In this document: piece after piece, positions 19,825 through 29,518 of the stretch
Position numbering within the stretch: position 1 is the stretch's first letter
Layout of the letters: each line of letters opens with the position of its first letter
Origin: Chitinophagales bacterium
GTDB lineage: Bacteria; Bacteroidota; Bacteroidia; Chitinophagales; CAIODY01
Reading direction: 5' to 3'
Assembly (NCBI GenBank): GCA_026461075.1
Contig: JAPJNH010000042.1
Coordinates: forward strand, 40,166-104,165
DNA: 64,000 nt
The notes under the pieces: model-generated
What the model saw: only the letters and a program-made list of their open reading frames with translations
Database searches by the model: none
Told to the model about the DNA's origin: nothing
Made by a program: the position numbers and the translations under genes

Positions 19825-20267
19825 GGCTTCTTCGTAAGTTATTTATCATTTGCACAAAAAAGCCTCCAATAATTCTATTGGGGGCTTTTTTGTGCGCTAG
19901 GTCTATTCATAACACTAAGCAGTAATTTAACATCACATCTACTAAAATTGGGGCTTATTAAATAACATAGAAAACAGGTAATAATTCCAAATAGATTCAC
20001 ATCAATTCAAATCGAATTAAATCAATTTAAAAGGATATAACCAGAGACTATTTTATTCTTGTATACGAACGTAGGTGAGAATGGAAATAGAGCGATTAGC
20101 ATTAAAAGCGGTTGAAAATTATAGAGAATCCAATGCAATAGTGGCTATGCATTCACTTATTTATACCCATCAATTCAAAAGTAAATAACGACTTAGCTAC
20201 AAATTGAACCTGTTTACGGTGCAAATTCCGTGCAATATGCCTTCATTTTTATCCTCCAAGAAAAATA

Positions 20268-20365
20268 CTTGTGCACAGCGCAAGTCATGAAAAATGTGGG
20301 GAAAATGTAATTCAATTCCCCTAAAACAAAAAAGCCTTTCTTTTCAGAAAGGCTTTTTGTGATCC
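20268..20365. repeat. Repeat copy C (adjacent to and overlapping the 3' end of the intact tRNA-Lys)
   Basis: Partner of copy A. It includes the tRNA terminator hairpin at ~20333-20354. Confidence 0.9.
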
Positions 20366-20432
20366 CGCTGGGACTCGAACCCAGGACCCCAACATTAAAA
20401 GTGTTATGCTCTACCAGCTGAGCTACGGAATC
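20360..20432 (-). tRNA. tRNA-Lys (anticodon UUU)
   Basis: Minus strand reads GATTCCGTAGCTCAGCTGGTAGAGCATAACACTTTTAATGTTGGGGTCCTGGGTTCGAGTCCCAGCGGGATCA. It forms a cloverleaf with a 7-bp acceptor stem (one G-U pair), anticodon loop CUUUUAA and T-loop GGTTCGAGTCC. CCA is not encoded. Confidence 0.9.
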
Positions 20433-20473
20433 ATCCCGCTTTTATCATTTACCGTTGGTAAATTTTGGGACTG

Positions 20474-20504
20474 CAAAAATACAAATCGTTTCATTATTTC
20501 CAAA
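20474..20504 (-). promoter_or_regulatory. Bacteroidota-type promoter for tRNA-Lys
   Basis: On the minus strand, TTTG, a 19-nt spacer, then TATTTTTG (TAnnTTTG -7 box), about 40 nt upstream of the mature tRNA 5' end. Confidence 0.5.
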
Positions 20505-20514
20505 AATAAATCAA

Positions 20515-22158
20515 TTATTTTTTAAAATTTTTTCGCCAATCTTCAAAGTCATTCAAATCTAAAGCGTTCAAAGTATTCGTTTTTAACAAGCCTCCTTTGC
20601 GCCCACTAATAACCCCCCAATGAATATCTTGAATCCCGTCTATACTATGCGCATCTGGGTTGATACTTATCCAAACACCTTTCTCCTGCGCATATTGCAG
20701 CCAACGCCAATCCATATCTAAACGATACGGACTCGCGTTAATTTCAATCGCTACTTTATTCGCCGCACAGGCATCTATGATCTTTTTGTGGTCAATAGGG
20801 TAGCCCGGACGCGATAATAATAAACGCCCTGTCATATGACCTAAAATACGCGTACTCGGATGTTCAATCGCACGAATCAAACGCTGCATCGCTGTTGCCT
20901 CATCCATCTTTAATCCGGCATGCACCGAGACAATAATTAAATCAAATGCCGACAACTCCTCATCGGTATAATCCAAGGAGCCGTCCGTCAAAATATCGCT
21001 CTCTACACTCTTATAAATTCTGAAATCTGGATGCTTGGCATTCCATTGGTCAATTGTTTTAAATTGAGAGAACACCTTATCCATTCCCATACCGCCCGCA
21101 TAAGCTGCTGTTTGCGAGTGGTCGCTTATCACCAAATATTCATAGCCTGCTTTTTTACAAGCAATCGCCATTTCTTCTACTGTATTCTTGCCGTCGCTAT
21201 AAGTGCTGTGATTATGAATGACTCCACGAATATCTTTGTCTTGAACCAAGCCATTAATATAGCTTTCGTCCCATTTAATTTTGAATTCACGACATTCCGT
21301 TGGATGAAAAGCTAAATTGTTATAGGAATAGATCTCGGCTTCGTTAGTAAATGTTTTATCCAACTTGATGTCTTGCTGATGTTCCTCAGAAGAAGAACTG
21401 AGCCATAGTTCCTTATAAAAGACTTCCGCGGCAATAGGCTTGTATTCTATCTTATACTTGTCTGCAATACTTCCAGTCCAACCCTTGTCGTCGCATTGTT
21501 CAATTACTAGATTTGGATAAGCTGAAAAATTACCGATCGGTACTTGCATACTTCCTTTACCAGCAATGGATATCTTTTCTAAAACATCTGTCTTGCGTCG
21601 CGTGTGTCCGTAGGCAGTGATTGCTTGACCAGGGAATAAGTCGTTTAAAATGGGTAAAAGCTCCGTTAAAATTTCTTCGCCTTCTGCATAATGAAACTTC
21701 CCTTGATGCGCTAGAAAAAAGGTAATCGCCTTTTCTAAGTCGGCTTGTGTTTTTTCTCCAAAGCCTTTCAAGGTTGAAAGACGTTGTTCTTGGATGGCGT
21801 ATAATAATTCTCCGGGTGTTTCAATATTTAACTGCGTCCAAATGCTTTTCACCTTTTTGGGACCTAAGCCTTTGATACGCATCATCTCTAAAATTCCTTT
21901 CGGCGTTTTAGTCAATAATTCTTGTAAGGTACTCCAAGTGCCTGTACGTAAGATTTCATCCACTACCGAAGCGGTGGTCTTCCCTAATTCAGGTAAGGCC
22001 TGCAGCTCAGCCAAAGATTTACCTTCTAACGGAGTCGCGAGCTTCTCAATTCTGTAAGCGGCCGAAGCGTAGGATTTTGATTTGAATGGATTCTCCTCAT
22101 GAAGATCCATCAACTTCACCGTCAATTCTAAAATGGATGCAATATCGTCGTTCGTCAT
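20515..22158 (-). CDS. polX: Family X DNA polymerase with C-terminal PHP (histidinol-phosphatase-like) domain
   Basis: N-terminal HhH / pol-beta-like region (NPFKSKSYASAAYRIE, IKGLGPKKV). C-terminal PHP motifs (GVIHNHSTYSDG, VISDHS, NPDAHS). The ATG at 22158 is preferred over 22200 because it avoids overlap with the upstream gene. Confidence 0.85.
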   Translation of the reverse strand: MTNDDIASILELTVKLMDLHEENPFKSKSYASAAYRIEKLATPLEGKSLAELQALPELGKTTASVVDEILRTGTWSTLQELLTKTPKGILEMMRIKGLGPKKVKSIWTQLNIETPGELLYAIQEQRLSTLKGFGEKTQADLEKAITFFLAHQGKFHYAEGEEILTELLPILNDLFPGQAITAYGHTRRKTDVLEKISIAGKGSMQVPIGNFSAYPNLVIEQCDDKGWTGSIADKYKIEYKPIAAEVFYKELWLSSSSEEHQQDIKLDKTFTNEAEIYSYNNLAFHPTECREFKIKWDESYINGLVQDKDIRGVIHNHSTYSDGKNTVEEMAIACKKAGYEYLVISDHSQTAAYAGGMGMDKVFSQFKTIDQWNAKHPDFRIYKSVESDILTDGSLDYTDEELSAFDLIIVSVHAGLKMDEATAMQRLIRAIEHPSTRILGHMTGRLLLSRPGYPIDHKKIIDACAANKVAIEINASPYRLDMDWRWLQYAQEKGVWISINPDAHSIDGIQDIHWGVISGRKGGLLKTNTLNALDLNDFEDWRKNFKK

Positions 22159-22162
22159 AATA

Positions 22163-24253
22163 CTAGTAAGCGCCAAAATACTTGCGCAAGCCCCATTCAA
22201 TCGTAAGGATCAAAACAATCAATAACAATACCCATGGGAGGTTGATAATAGGATCTACTTTCTTTTCGCTCACAATAATCGGCTTACTGCTGCTTTGTTT
22301 CTTTAAATGCTCCACGATTTTCTGCAACTCATTTGGATAACAGAAAATACCTTGATGCTTGTTCGCCACTTGTTTTAACAAGCCATGGTTGGCTACTAGA
22401 TTTTGTAATTCTTGCTCGCTATTCTCAATTCTAAAAGCTCCCACACTAGTATAAGTTTTGCCATTACGTACGCATTGCCCAGCGAAACTATAAATGCCAC
22501 TCGGTAGAATACCTGCATTCAAAGAGTAGGTATTGCTTTCTTTATTCATCACATAGGAATATTCCTTTTTCTGCGCATCGACTAATTTCAAATTAACATC
22601 GGGCGTATTTGTATACTCACCACTTTCGTTCCGTAGATAGGCGTCGAAATTGATTAACTCATCTGCGGCATAAATTTTCTTGCTTGCACTCACTTCAAAA
22701 GGTTGTCTGTTGGAATGACGAACCAAATAATTACACGTTTTATTGATTAATTCATTACAAACATTGCCATAGCTGTTTTCTGGTCGCTTATCCTGCATCG
22801 ACCAACGCCAAATGCCTTCGCCTAACAAAATGGCTTGCTGCTGCCCTAAAACAAGTAATGGATAAGAAGTTTTAGTGTTCCCGATTTTTTGAGTAGCCAA
22901 AACTTGTACATCCCCATTGATTTTAAAATCTGCAAAGGGAACCAATAGCGGAGGGTAATTATCAATTGCCGTTGGCACATTTGTTTCAACCGTAAAATGA
23001 TTAAAATCTTTATTGAAAACAGCCTGTACTTCATTGGCGTTAGAACCACCCGGACGGATACCAACACATTCTTGCGCATTGCTCAAGGCCACTAGATTAC
23101 TCGTACTGCTCACGATATAAAAGCTCGGTGTATTATTGCGTTTGATGGCTGTTAAGACATCACTTGCAGGATTTCTTCTCGACGGCAAGCCGTGCAGTAT
23201 CACCAAATCAAAGTTGCTGATTTTTTGTGCATTAAATCCGTTCACGAAAACAATCTCCGCTTCGATACCTATTTGATCCGTTAAGGCATTTTTTAGCGCA
23301 GCCAAATCAGGATGTGGTGCATCTGCTAAAATCAAGACGTGTTGCTTCTTTTCGATTACCTCTACATAAAAATCCTTCGTATTGTTGAATAGATTTTGTT
23401 CGGAGTTGAGGGTGTCTAATTTTAACTGGTAATGATGAATGCCAATTTCCTTCGGTGATAGAATTAGTTGAACCGTTCCTGTTGAATTACTTCCATTCAA
23501 ACTGATTTTCCCATTTTCAAGTAATTGCCATTTGCCTTTTACGTTTTCATACAAACGGTAATTAGGTGAATTTGCACGAAGCTGTACCGCTTTCCATTCG
23601 GCTCTTACATTCAATTGATCGTTTAAAAAACAAGTCTTATTGGCTTTGATTTCTTGCCATCCTAAATCTGGTCTTTTGGTAGTATCGCCAATGCCCACAC
23701 AATAAATAGGGGCGCTGCCTTCAATCTGTGAATAGAGTGGGTTGCTACCTGCATTGTAAATACCATCGCTGCAAAGCACAATTCCTGCCATTGCCTGTCC
23801 TGCATTTCGTTCTCCAACTTCCTGTAAAGCATTCGAAATATTACTGCTGCTGGCAGAGAAATAAGCATTCGAATTATCTGCTGTTAACGCCCCTCCAAAT
23901 TGATAGGATTTTACTTCGTATTCGTCTTTCAAAGACTCCTTTAAAAGGTCCCAATACTTTTTTAGTGATACGCTGTCATTATTATAACGCATCGACTTTG
24001 ATTGGTCCATTACCAAGCAAACAATTGGTTTTTTGGTTTCGGAACGTAAGTGCTCAATTAATGGAACTAATAGTAATAGTGCGAGCAGACTGACGAAAAT
24101 AGCTCGAAGGCCGAAAAGGACATGCTTAAGCTTTTTGAATTTTAGGAAAGGTTCTTCAAATGACTTTTCCTTTCTATAGAGTAAAAAAGCGTATAGCACT
24201 CCAAGGCACAAACAAGGGATGATCCACCACACGGAATACTGGAAATGAAACAC
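22163..24253 (-). CDS. Membrane-anchored VWA-domain protein (N-terminal double-TM anchor, C-terminal TM)
   Basis: Two N-terminal TM helices. DxSxS MIDAS-like motif (VMDQSKSM). C-terminal hydrophobic helix. The stop is 4 nt before the polX start. Confidence 0.6.
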   Translation of the reverse strand: MFHFQYSVWWIIPCLCLGVLYAFLLYRKEKSFEEPFLKFKKLKHVLFGLRAIFVSLLALLLLVPLIEHLRSETKKPIVCLVMDQSKSMRYNNDSVSLKKYWDLLKESLKDEYEVKSYQFGGALTADNSNAYFSASSSNISNALQEVGERNAGQAMAGIVLCSDGIYNAGSNPLYSQIEGSAPIYCVGIGDTTKRPDLGWQEIKANKTCFLNDQLNVRAEWKAVQLRANSPNYRLYENVKGKWQLLENGKISLNGSNSTGTVQLILSPKEIGIHHYQLKLDTLNSEQNLFNNTKDFYVEVIEKKQHVLILADAPHPDLAALKNALTDQIGIEAEIVFVNGFNAQKISNFDLVILHGLPSRRNPASDVLTAIKRNNTPSFYIVSSTSNLVALSNAQECVGIRPGGSNANEVQAVFNKDFNHFTVETNVPTAIDNYPPLLVPFADFKINGDVQVLATQKIGNTKTSYPLLVLGQQQAILLGEGIWRWSMQDKRPENSYGNVCNELINKTCNYLVRHSNRQPFEVSASKKIYAADELINFDAYLRNESGEYTNTPDVNLKLVDAQKKEYSYVMNKESNTYSLNAGILPSGIYSFAGQCVRNGKTYTSVGAFRIENSEQELQNLVANHGLLKQVANKHQGIFCYPNELQKIVEHLKKQSSSKPIIVSEKKVDPIINLPWVLLLIVLILTIEWGLRKYFGAY

Positions 24254-24412
24254 GGCTGATTTTTTCGAAAATTAATTGGATTGCTCTAAAATTAGAAGGA
24301 AATCAGCAATAATTTTCAATTTTGAACATTATTCCTAAAGAATTGTTATGACTTTCGTTAGGTTTTCCCAAATTGATAAATCTAGATTTATTCAAAAAAG
24401 TATTTTTGCCAA

Positions 24413-26833
24413 ATGTTGAAATTTTTTACCCTTTCCCTTCTTTTTGCTAGTGCTGTTTTTTTTAATGTAAACGCTCAATCTGTTATTAAAGGAAGAGTGT
24501 CGGATGCGCTGAATAACGAACCGCTTTCGTTCGCATCTGTTAAATTGCAAGGAACTGAACTGGGTGCCTATACCGATTCTGCTGGTTTTTATATTATTAG
24601 TAACCTAAAACCAGGGGCGTATAACGTAGAATGTTCTACTTTAGGGTATATCACCAAAGTAGAATTTGAAGTAGAAGTTCGTACAAGTGCTCCGAAACAA
24701 GTCGATTTTCAACTAGAAAAGGCTAAAAAAGCCCTCGGTGAAGTACGCGTTACTGCGGCTGATAAGTTTAAAACCATGGAAGAAAGCCCATTGAGTGTAC
24801 GCTCAATTGGCGTAAATGAAATTCAACGTAATCCTGGCTCAAACCGCGATATCTCTAAGGTGCTACAGAATCTTCCTGGCGTTGCTAGTACAGTTTCTTA
24901 CAGAAACGACTTATTAGTGCGTGGGGGTGGTCCTTCAGAAAATCGTTTTTATTTGGATGGAATTGAAATTCCTAACATCAACCACTTTGCAACGCAAGGT
25001 TCTACCGGAGGACCGGTTGGTTTATTGAATGTTGACTTTATTCGTGAAGCGGATTTCTACACGGGCGCTTTTCCTGCCAACCGCGGCAATAGCATGAGCT
25101 CTGTATTAGATTTGAAAAATAAAGATGGTCGTACCGATCGTTGGGGAGGTACCCTTACTTCTGGCTATACAGCCTCTGGATTGAGTTTGGAGGGTCCCCT
25201 CGGAAAGCATACGAATATTCTATTCTCTGCTCGTCAAAGCTATCTGCAAGTATTGTTCCGTCAAATCGGATTACCGTTTTTGCCTACATTCAATGATTAC
25301 GAGATAAAGGTAAGTATCAAGCCAAACAAGAGCAATGATATCACTTTCCTAGGCTTATGTGCGATTGATAAATTCGCCTATAATTTGGATGCTGTTACCT
25401 TCGCTAGAGAGAAAGGGGATTCGAATGGCGTTGCCTATGCGCAATATATTCTTGGAAATTTGCCAAAGAATGAGCAGAATAACGCTACGGTAGGTGTGAA
25501 TTGGAAGCATTTTAGAAAGAATGGTTATTCGACAGTGGTTGTGAGTAGAAATGCGTTGAACAATACAATCAGCAAGTATTTTAATAATGATGAAACCGTT
25601 GCTGATAATCTTATTTACAATTATAAGTCCTATGAGGCGGAGACGAAGTTGCGTGCAGAAAACAACGGCATGTGGAATGGGTTTAAATTTAATTACGGAG
25701 CGGGGGTAGAACATGCATACTACACTAATAATACCTTCAACCGATTTACCACTCCTTTTGGAATTGATACCGTAAACTTTGATTCTAAATTGCAATTCTT
25801 AAAATACTCCTTATTCACGCAGTGGTCGAAGTCGTATGCAAACGATAAATTGAAAGTGTCTTTCGGCGTTCGTACTGATTTCAATAACTATGCTTCCTCC
25901 ATGGCAAATCCGCTGGAACAACTATCGCCACGCGTTTCAGCCTCTTATTTGATTGCAAAAGACGCACATATTAATTTCAATACAGGAATTTACTATCAGT
26001 TGCCAAGCTATACGATTCTTGGTTATCGTAATACCGAAGGTGATTTGGTTAATAAACTAAATAAGGTAAAATATATTCAATGTAAACAAGTTGTTTTGGG
26101 CGCCGACTGGTTCTCCGCTATCAACTCGAAAGTATCATTAGAAGGCTTCTTTAAATTGTATGATCGCTATCCTTTCTCCGACAACTTCCAGGTTTCTTTA
26201 GCCAATTTGGGTGGCGACTTCGGCGTATTGGGTAATGAGTCGGTTAAATCGACTAACAAAGGACGTGCTTACGGAGCCGAGCTTTCCTATCAACAAAAAT
26301 TATTCAAAGGGATGTATGGGATCTTTACCTACACCTTCGTTCGCTCTTCCTTCCAAAATGCAAAAGGAGAATATGTGGCAGCCTCTTGGGACTATAGAAA
26401 CATTATTAATGCGACTATTGGAAAGAAATTTAAAAACAATTGGGAAGTCGGAACGAAAATTCGTTATCAAGGGGGGCAGCCTTATACGCCATTTGATTCC
26501 GTATCGAGTTTGTTACGCGCTAATTGGGATATTACCGGACAAGGAATCTTCGATTTTACACGTCTAAATACAATGCGTACTCAAGATTTGTTCAATATTG
26601 ATTTGCGTGTCGATAAGAAATTCAACTTCAAAAAGTGGTCGATGGTGTTTTATGTCGACGTTCAAAATATCCTAGGAACCAAAACACGTCAGCAGGCATT
26701 TTTATCCGTAAAACGTGATGCCGCAGGTAATCCTTTAGTGGATAAAAACAACCCTCTTTATTACCAAGGTAGCTATATTCAAAACTCGAACGGAGTTAGA
26801 ACACCGAATATTGGATTGATCGTAGAGTTTTAA
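24413..26833 (+). CDS. TonB-dependent receptor with N-terminal carboxypeptidase-regulatory-like domain
   Basis: Signal peptide. CarboxypepD_reg-like VIKGRVSDALNNEPLSFASV...GYI. A plug region, a long beta-barrel, and a C-terminal ...IGLIVEF. Confidence 0.85.
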   Translation: MLKFFTLSLLFASAVFFNVNAQSVIKGRVSDALNNEPLSFASVKLQGTELGAYTDSAGFYIISNLKPGAYNVECSTLGYITKVEFEVEVRTSAPKQVDFQLEKAKKALGEVRVTAADKFKTMEESPLSVRSIGVNEIQRNPGSNRDISKVLQNLPGVASTVSYRNDLLVRGGGPSENRFYLDGIEIPNINHFATQGSTGGPVGLLNVDFIREADFYTGAFPANRGNSMSSVLDLKNKDGRTDRWGGTLTSGYTASGLSLEGPLGKHTNILFSARQSYLQVLFRQIGLPFLPTFNDYEIKVSIKPNKSNDITFLGLCAIDKFAYNLDAVTFAREKGDSNGVAYAQYILGNLPKNEQNNATVGVNWKHFRKNGYSTVVVSRNALNNTISKYFNNDETVADNLIYNYKSYEAETKLRAENNGMWNGFKFNYGAGVEHAYYTNNTFNRFTTPFGIDTVNFDSKLQFLKYSLFTQWSKSYANDKLKVSFGVRTDFNNYASSMANPLEQLSPRVSASYLIAKDAHINFNTGIYYQLPSYTILGYRNTEGDLVNKLNKVKYIQCKQVVLGADWFSAINSKVSLEGFFKLYDRYPFSDNFQVSLANLGGDFGVLGNESVKSTNKGRAYGAELSYQQKLFKGMYGIFTYTFVRSSFQNAKGEYVAASWDYRNIINATIGKKFKNNWEVGTKIRYQGGQPYTPFDSVSSLLRANWDITGQGIFDFTRLNTMRTQDLFNIDLRVDKKFNFKKWSMVFYVDVQNILGTKTRQQAFLSVKRDAAGNPLVDKNNPLYYQGSYIQNSNGVRTPNIGLIVEF

Positions 26834-26919
26834 CGTATATTTTATTAGGCAAGCGGGGATATCTTTTGAAGGATAGGCGATAATTAAATCTTAAATTTGT
26901 TTCGATTTATAAATCGCCT

Positions 26920-28248
26920 GTGAAAAAACTCATCAACCTGCCTACGGCCACCTTCTTGGTCATTGCTAATATGATTGGGACAGGCGTGTTCACTTCCTTG
27001 TGTTTTCAAACGGGAAGCATTCATTCAGGCTTCGCCCTCTTATTTATTTGGATTCTAGGCGGGATTGCAGCCCTTTGCGGATCCTTAGTTTATTCCGAAC
27101 TAGCCACTCGTTTTCCGAGAAGTGGGGGAGAATACAATCTCTTAGGTGAAATTTATCATCCTTCTATTGGTTTTATCTCAGGCTGGATATCAATTACAGT
27201 CGGTTTTGCAGCCCCAGTAGCCTTTAACTCAATGATTCTAGGAGAATACCTGCATCATATTTATCCCAATATTCAAGCATTGAAAGTCGGAGTGGCTGTG
27301 GTGATTATCATCTCCATTATTCACTCGGTAAGCGTTAAATTTGGCGCGCAGTTTCAAAATATATTTACCATTCTAAAGCTATCCTTAATTCTCTTACTTA
27401 TCGGAGGGGGATTTTATGTTAGCTCGAATGAGCACTATCCAATAATCGCCAATACCGCTGCCTGGAAAGATATCTTCTCGCAGCCCTATGCCGTGTCTTT
27501 AGTCTTTGTAAGCTATGCCTTTAGTGGCTGGAATGCGGCCTCTTATTTCGCCAGCGATATCGAGAATCCGCGCCGCAATATCCCACGCGCCATGATCTTC
27601 GGAACGCTAATCGTACTATGCCTTTACGTGCTACTTAACTATACCTTCTTACAACATATCCCATTTGATCAAATTGGCAAAATGGACGCCAACGGTCCTG
27701 TGAATCCTGATACCGGACTTCTAGCTGCGATCAATATTTTCGGACCAACTTGGGGTAAGATTTATGGTATTTTGTTCTCCCTTGCTTTAGTGGCTTCTAT
27801 CAGCAGTATGATTTTTGCTGGCCCGCGCGTTACGCAAGTAATGGGGGAGGATTATGAGTTTTTTAAGTTCGCCGCTTTAAAGAACAAAAACGGAGCTCCG
27901 TATGTGGCAACTCTAGTGCAAATGACTATCGCTCTTTTGCTCATGTTGACTTCTTCCTATGAGTCGATTTTAGCGTATATCGGCTTCACCTTAAGTTTGA
28001 TGACCTTGTTAACCGTATTCGGTATTTTTAGAGTGCGTATGAAAAATAAAGAGGAAAACACCGCTTATAAAACTTGGTTATATCCTGTAACACCAATAAT
28101 CTTCTTACTCCTTAGTTTGTGGATGATCCATTTCACGATCGTTAGTAAGCCGTTTATCAGCTTAATCGGCTTCGTCACCGCACTCTCTGGAATCGCCTTT
28201 TATTATTTCTCTCCTAAGTCTAATCTTGAATCAAAAGAAAAAGTCTAA
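26920..28248 (+). CDS. APC-superfamily amino-acid permease (GTG start)
   Basis: About 12 TM helices. N-terminal VIANMIGTGVF motif, typical of APC transporters. Confidence 0.8.
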   Translation: MKKLINLPTATFLVIANMIGTGVFTSLCFQTGSIHSGFALLFIWILGGIAALCGSLVYSELATRFPRSGGEYNLLGEIYHPSIGFISGWISITVGFAAPVAFNSMILGEYLHHIYPNIQALKVGVAVVIIISIIHSVSVKFGAQFQNIFTILKLSLILLLIGGGFYVSSNEHYPIIANTAAWKDIFSQPYAVSLVFVSYAFSGWNAASYFASDIENPRRNIPRAMIFGTLIVLCLYVLLNYTFLQHIPFDQIGKMDANGPVNPDTGLLAAINIFGPTWGKIYGILFSLALVASISSMIFAGPRVTQVMGEDYEFFKFAALKNKNGAPYVATLVQMTIALLLMLTSSYESILAYIGFTLSLMTLLTVFGIFRVRMKNKEENTAYKTWLYPVTPIIFLLLSLWMIHFTIVSKPFISLIGFVTALSGIAFYYFSPKSNLESKEKV

Positions 28249-28258
28249 TCTGTTATCC

Positions 28259-29443
28259 ATGGTTTCTCTAAAACGTTTATCTCCTTTGTTTCTTGCCCTC
28301 GCCTTATTAATGGCTTGTAATCAACATGCACAAAACAAAGAACAACCTAAATCTGTAGCGAAAGATTCAACTGCTAAAATCACCTTCAAGGATAATGCGT
28401 ATAATCACGCAGCACGCTTTATTGCAGGTTTGCCACAGTTGGATTCAAATGAATATACTGCCTTGGAAAACAAAGCAGTTTGGAAAAAGTATAGCCATCG
28501 TGTTGACAGTATCTGGGGTGCCTATGAGAAAAATCGCCTCTCTCTTATGCGTGATTGGTACGGTAAACAATTCGACTCCGTTATTAAGTCTGATCGTGAT
28601 GTATTATATCCTTTCTCCGCTTGCGACTTTTTAAATATCTATACCCTTTACCCGAATGGTAAGAAATATGTCCTTTGTGGTTTAGAATTGGTGGGAAGAA
28701 ATCCGCAACCGAAAAATTTGTCTGACCACGAATTGGATGTTGCTTTGGATGGTTTGATGACCGGACTTAAAACCCTTATCGAACGTGGTTATTTTATCAC
28801 GTCTTATATGGGACATGATCTTTACTCGTCGCAGTTGAATGGTACATTGCCGGTAATCTATTTCTTCATGGCGCGTATGAACTGTAATATCGTTGATCAA
28901 CAATTTGTAGGCTTAGATAAAGCTGGTAATGAACATGCGCTTAAATCTGCAATGCGCGATTCTAGCAATGCTTCTTATATCCGTGGTGTAAAAATCACCT
29001 TCCAACACCCTGGCTCTAAGAAATTAGCGACCATGTATTATTTCGGTGGCGACCTTTCTGATGGAGGAATCGCAGCGCACCCAGGTTATGTCAACTTCGT
29101 TAAAGCGAACTTCAAAAACACGAACACCTTTATCAAAGCAGCTTCTTATTTGTTGCATACGCCTCAGTTTACATCGATGAAAAGCTTGATCTTGGCGCAA
29201 AGTCATGCTATCCTTACAGACGATTCAGGCTTGCCGCTTAAAGCGGTTAACGATAATAAATGGAAGTTGACCTACTACGGTAAGTACAACGGACCAACAA
29301 AAGATTTTCCTTATATCCACGAGTCTGATCGCTTAGCTATTTACAATAGCAAAGACTCGGCTAAAATTGCGCCTATCCCTTTCGGTACAGGTTATAAATG
29401 GAAACTGAATGAATCGAACTTATTATTCTGCGTGAAGAAATAA
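28259..29443 (+). CDS. Hypothetical lipoprotein
   Basis: The ATG at 28259 gives MVSLKRLSPLFLALALLMAC (lipobox), 10 nt after the permease stop. No recognisable domain. Confidence 0.55.
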   Translation: MVSLKRLSPLFLALALLMACNQHAQNKEQPKSVAKDSTAKITFKDNAYNHAARFIAGLPQLDSNEYTALENKAVWKKYSHRVDSIWGAYEKNRLSLMRDWYGKQFDSVIKSDRDVLYPFSACDFLNIYTLYPNGKKYVLCGLELVGRNPQPKNLSDHELDVALDGLMTGLKTLIERGYFITSYMGHDLYSSQLNGTLPVIYFFMARMNCNIVDQQFVGLDKAGNEHALKSAMRDSSNASYIRGVKITFQHPGSKKLATMYYFGGDLSDGGIAAHPGYVNFVKANFKNTNTFIKAASYLLHTPQFTSMKSLILAQSHAILTDDSGLPLKAVNDNKWKLTYYGKYNGPTKDFPYIHESDRLAIYNSKDSAKIAPIPFGTGYKWKLNESNLLFCVKK

Positions 29444-29468
29444 GTTCTGGTATTGCACTATTAAAAAA

Positions 29469-29497
29469 GCCTCTCGAATTTTCGAGAGGCTTTTTTT
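29469..29497 (+). terminator. Rho-independent terminator
   Basis: GCCTCTCGAA-tt-TTCGAGAGGC followed by T7. Confidence 0.8.
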
Positions 29498-29518
29498 GTT
29501 GCTTTAAACTCGCGTTAT

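Noticed and set aside
24254-24412. Possible riboswitch or regulatory RNA upstream of the TonB-dependent receptor
   Set aside because: I could see no conserved riboswitch core (e.g. a cobalamin B12-box) or convincing stem structure. It appears to be an ordinary AT-rich divergent promoter region.
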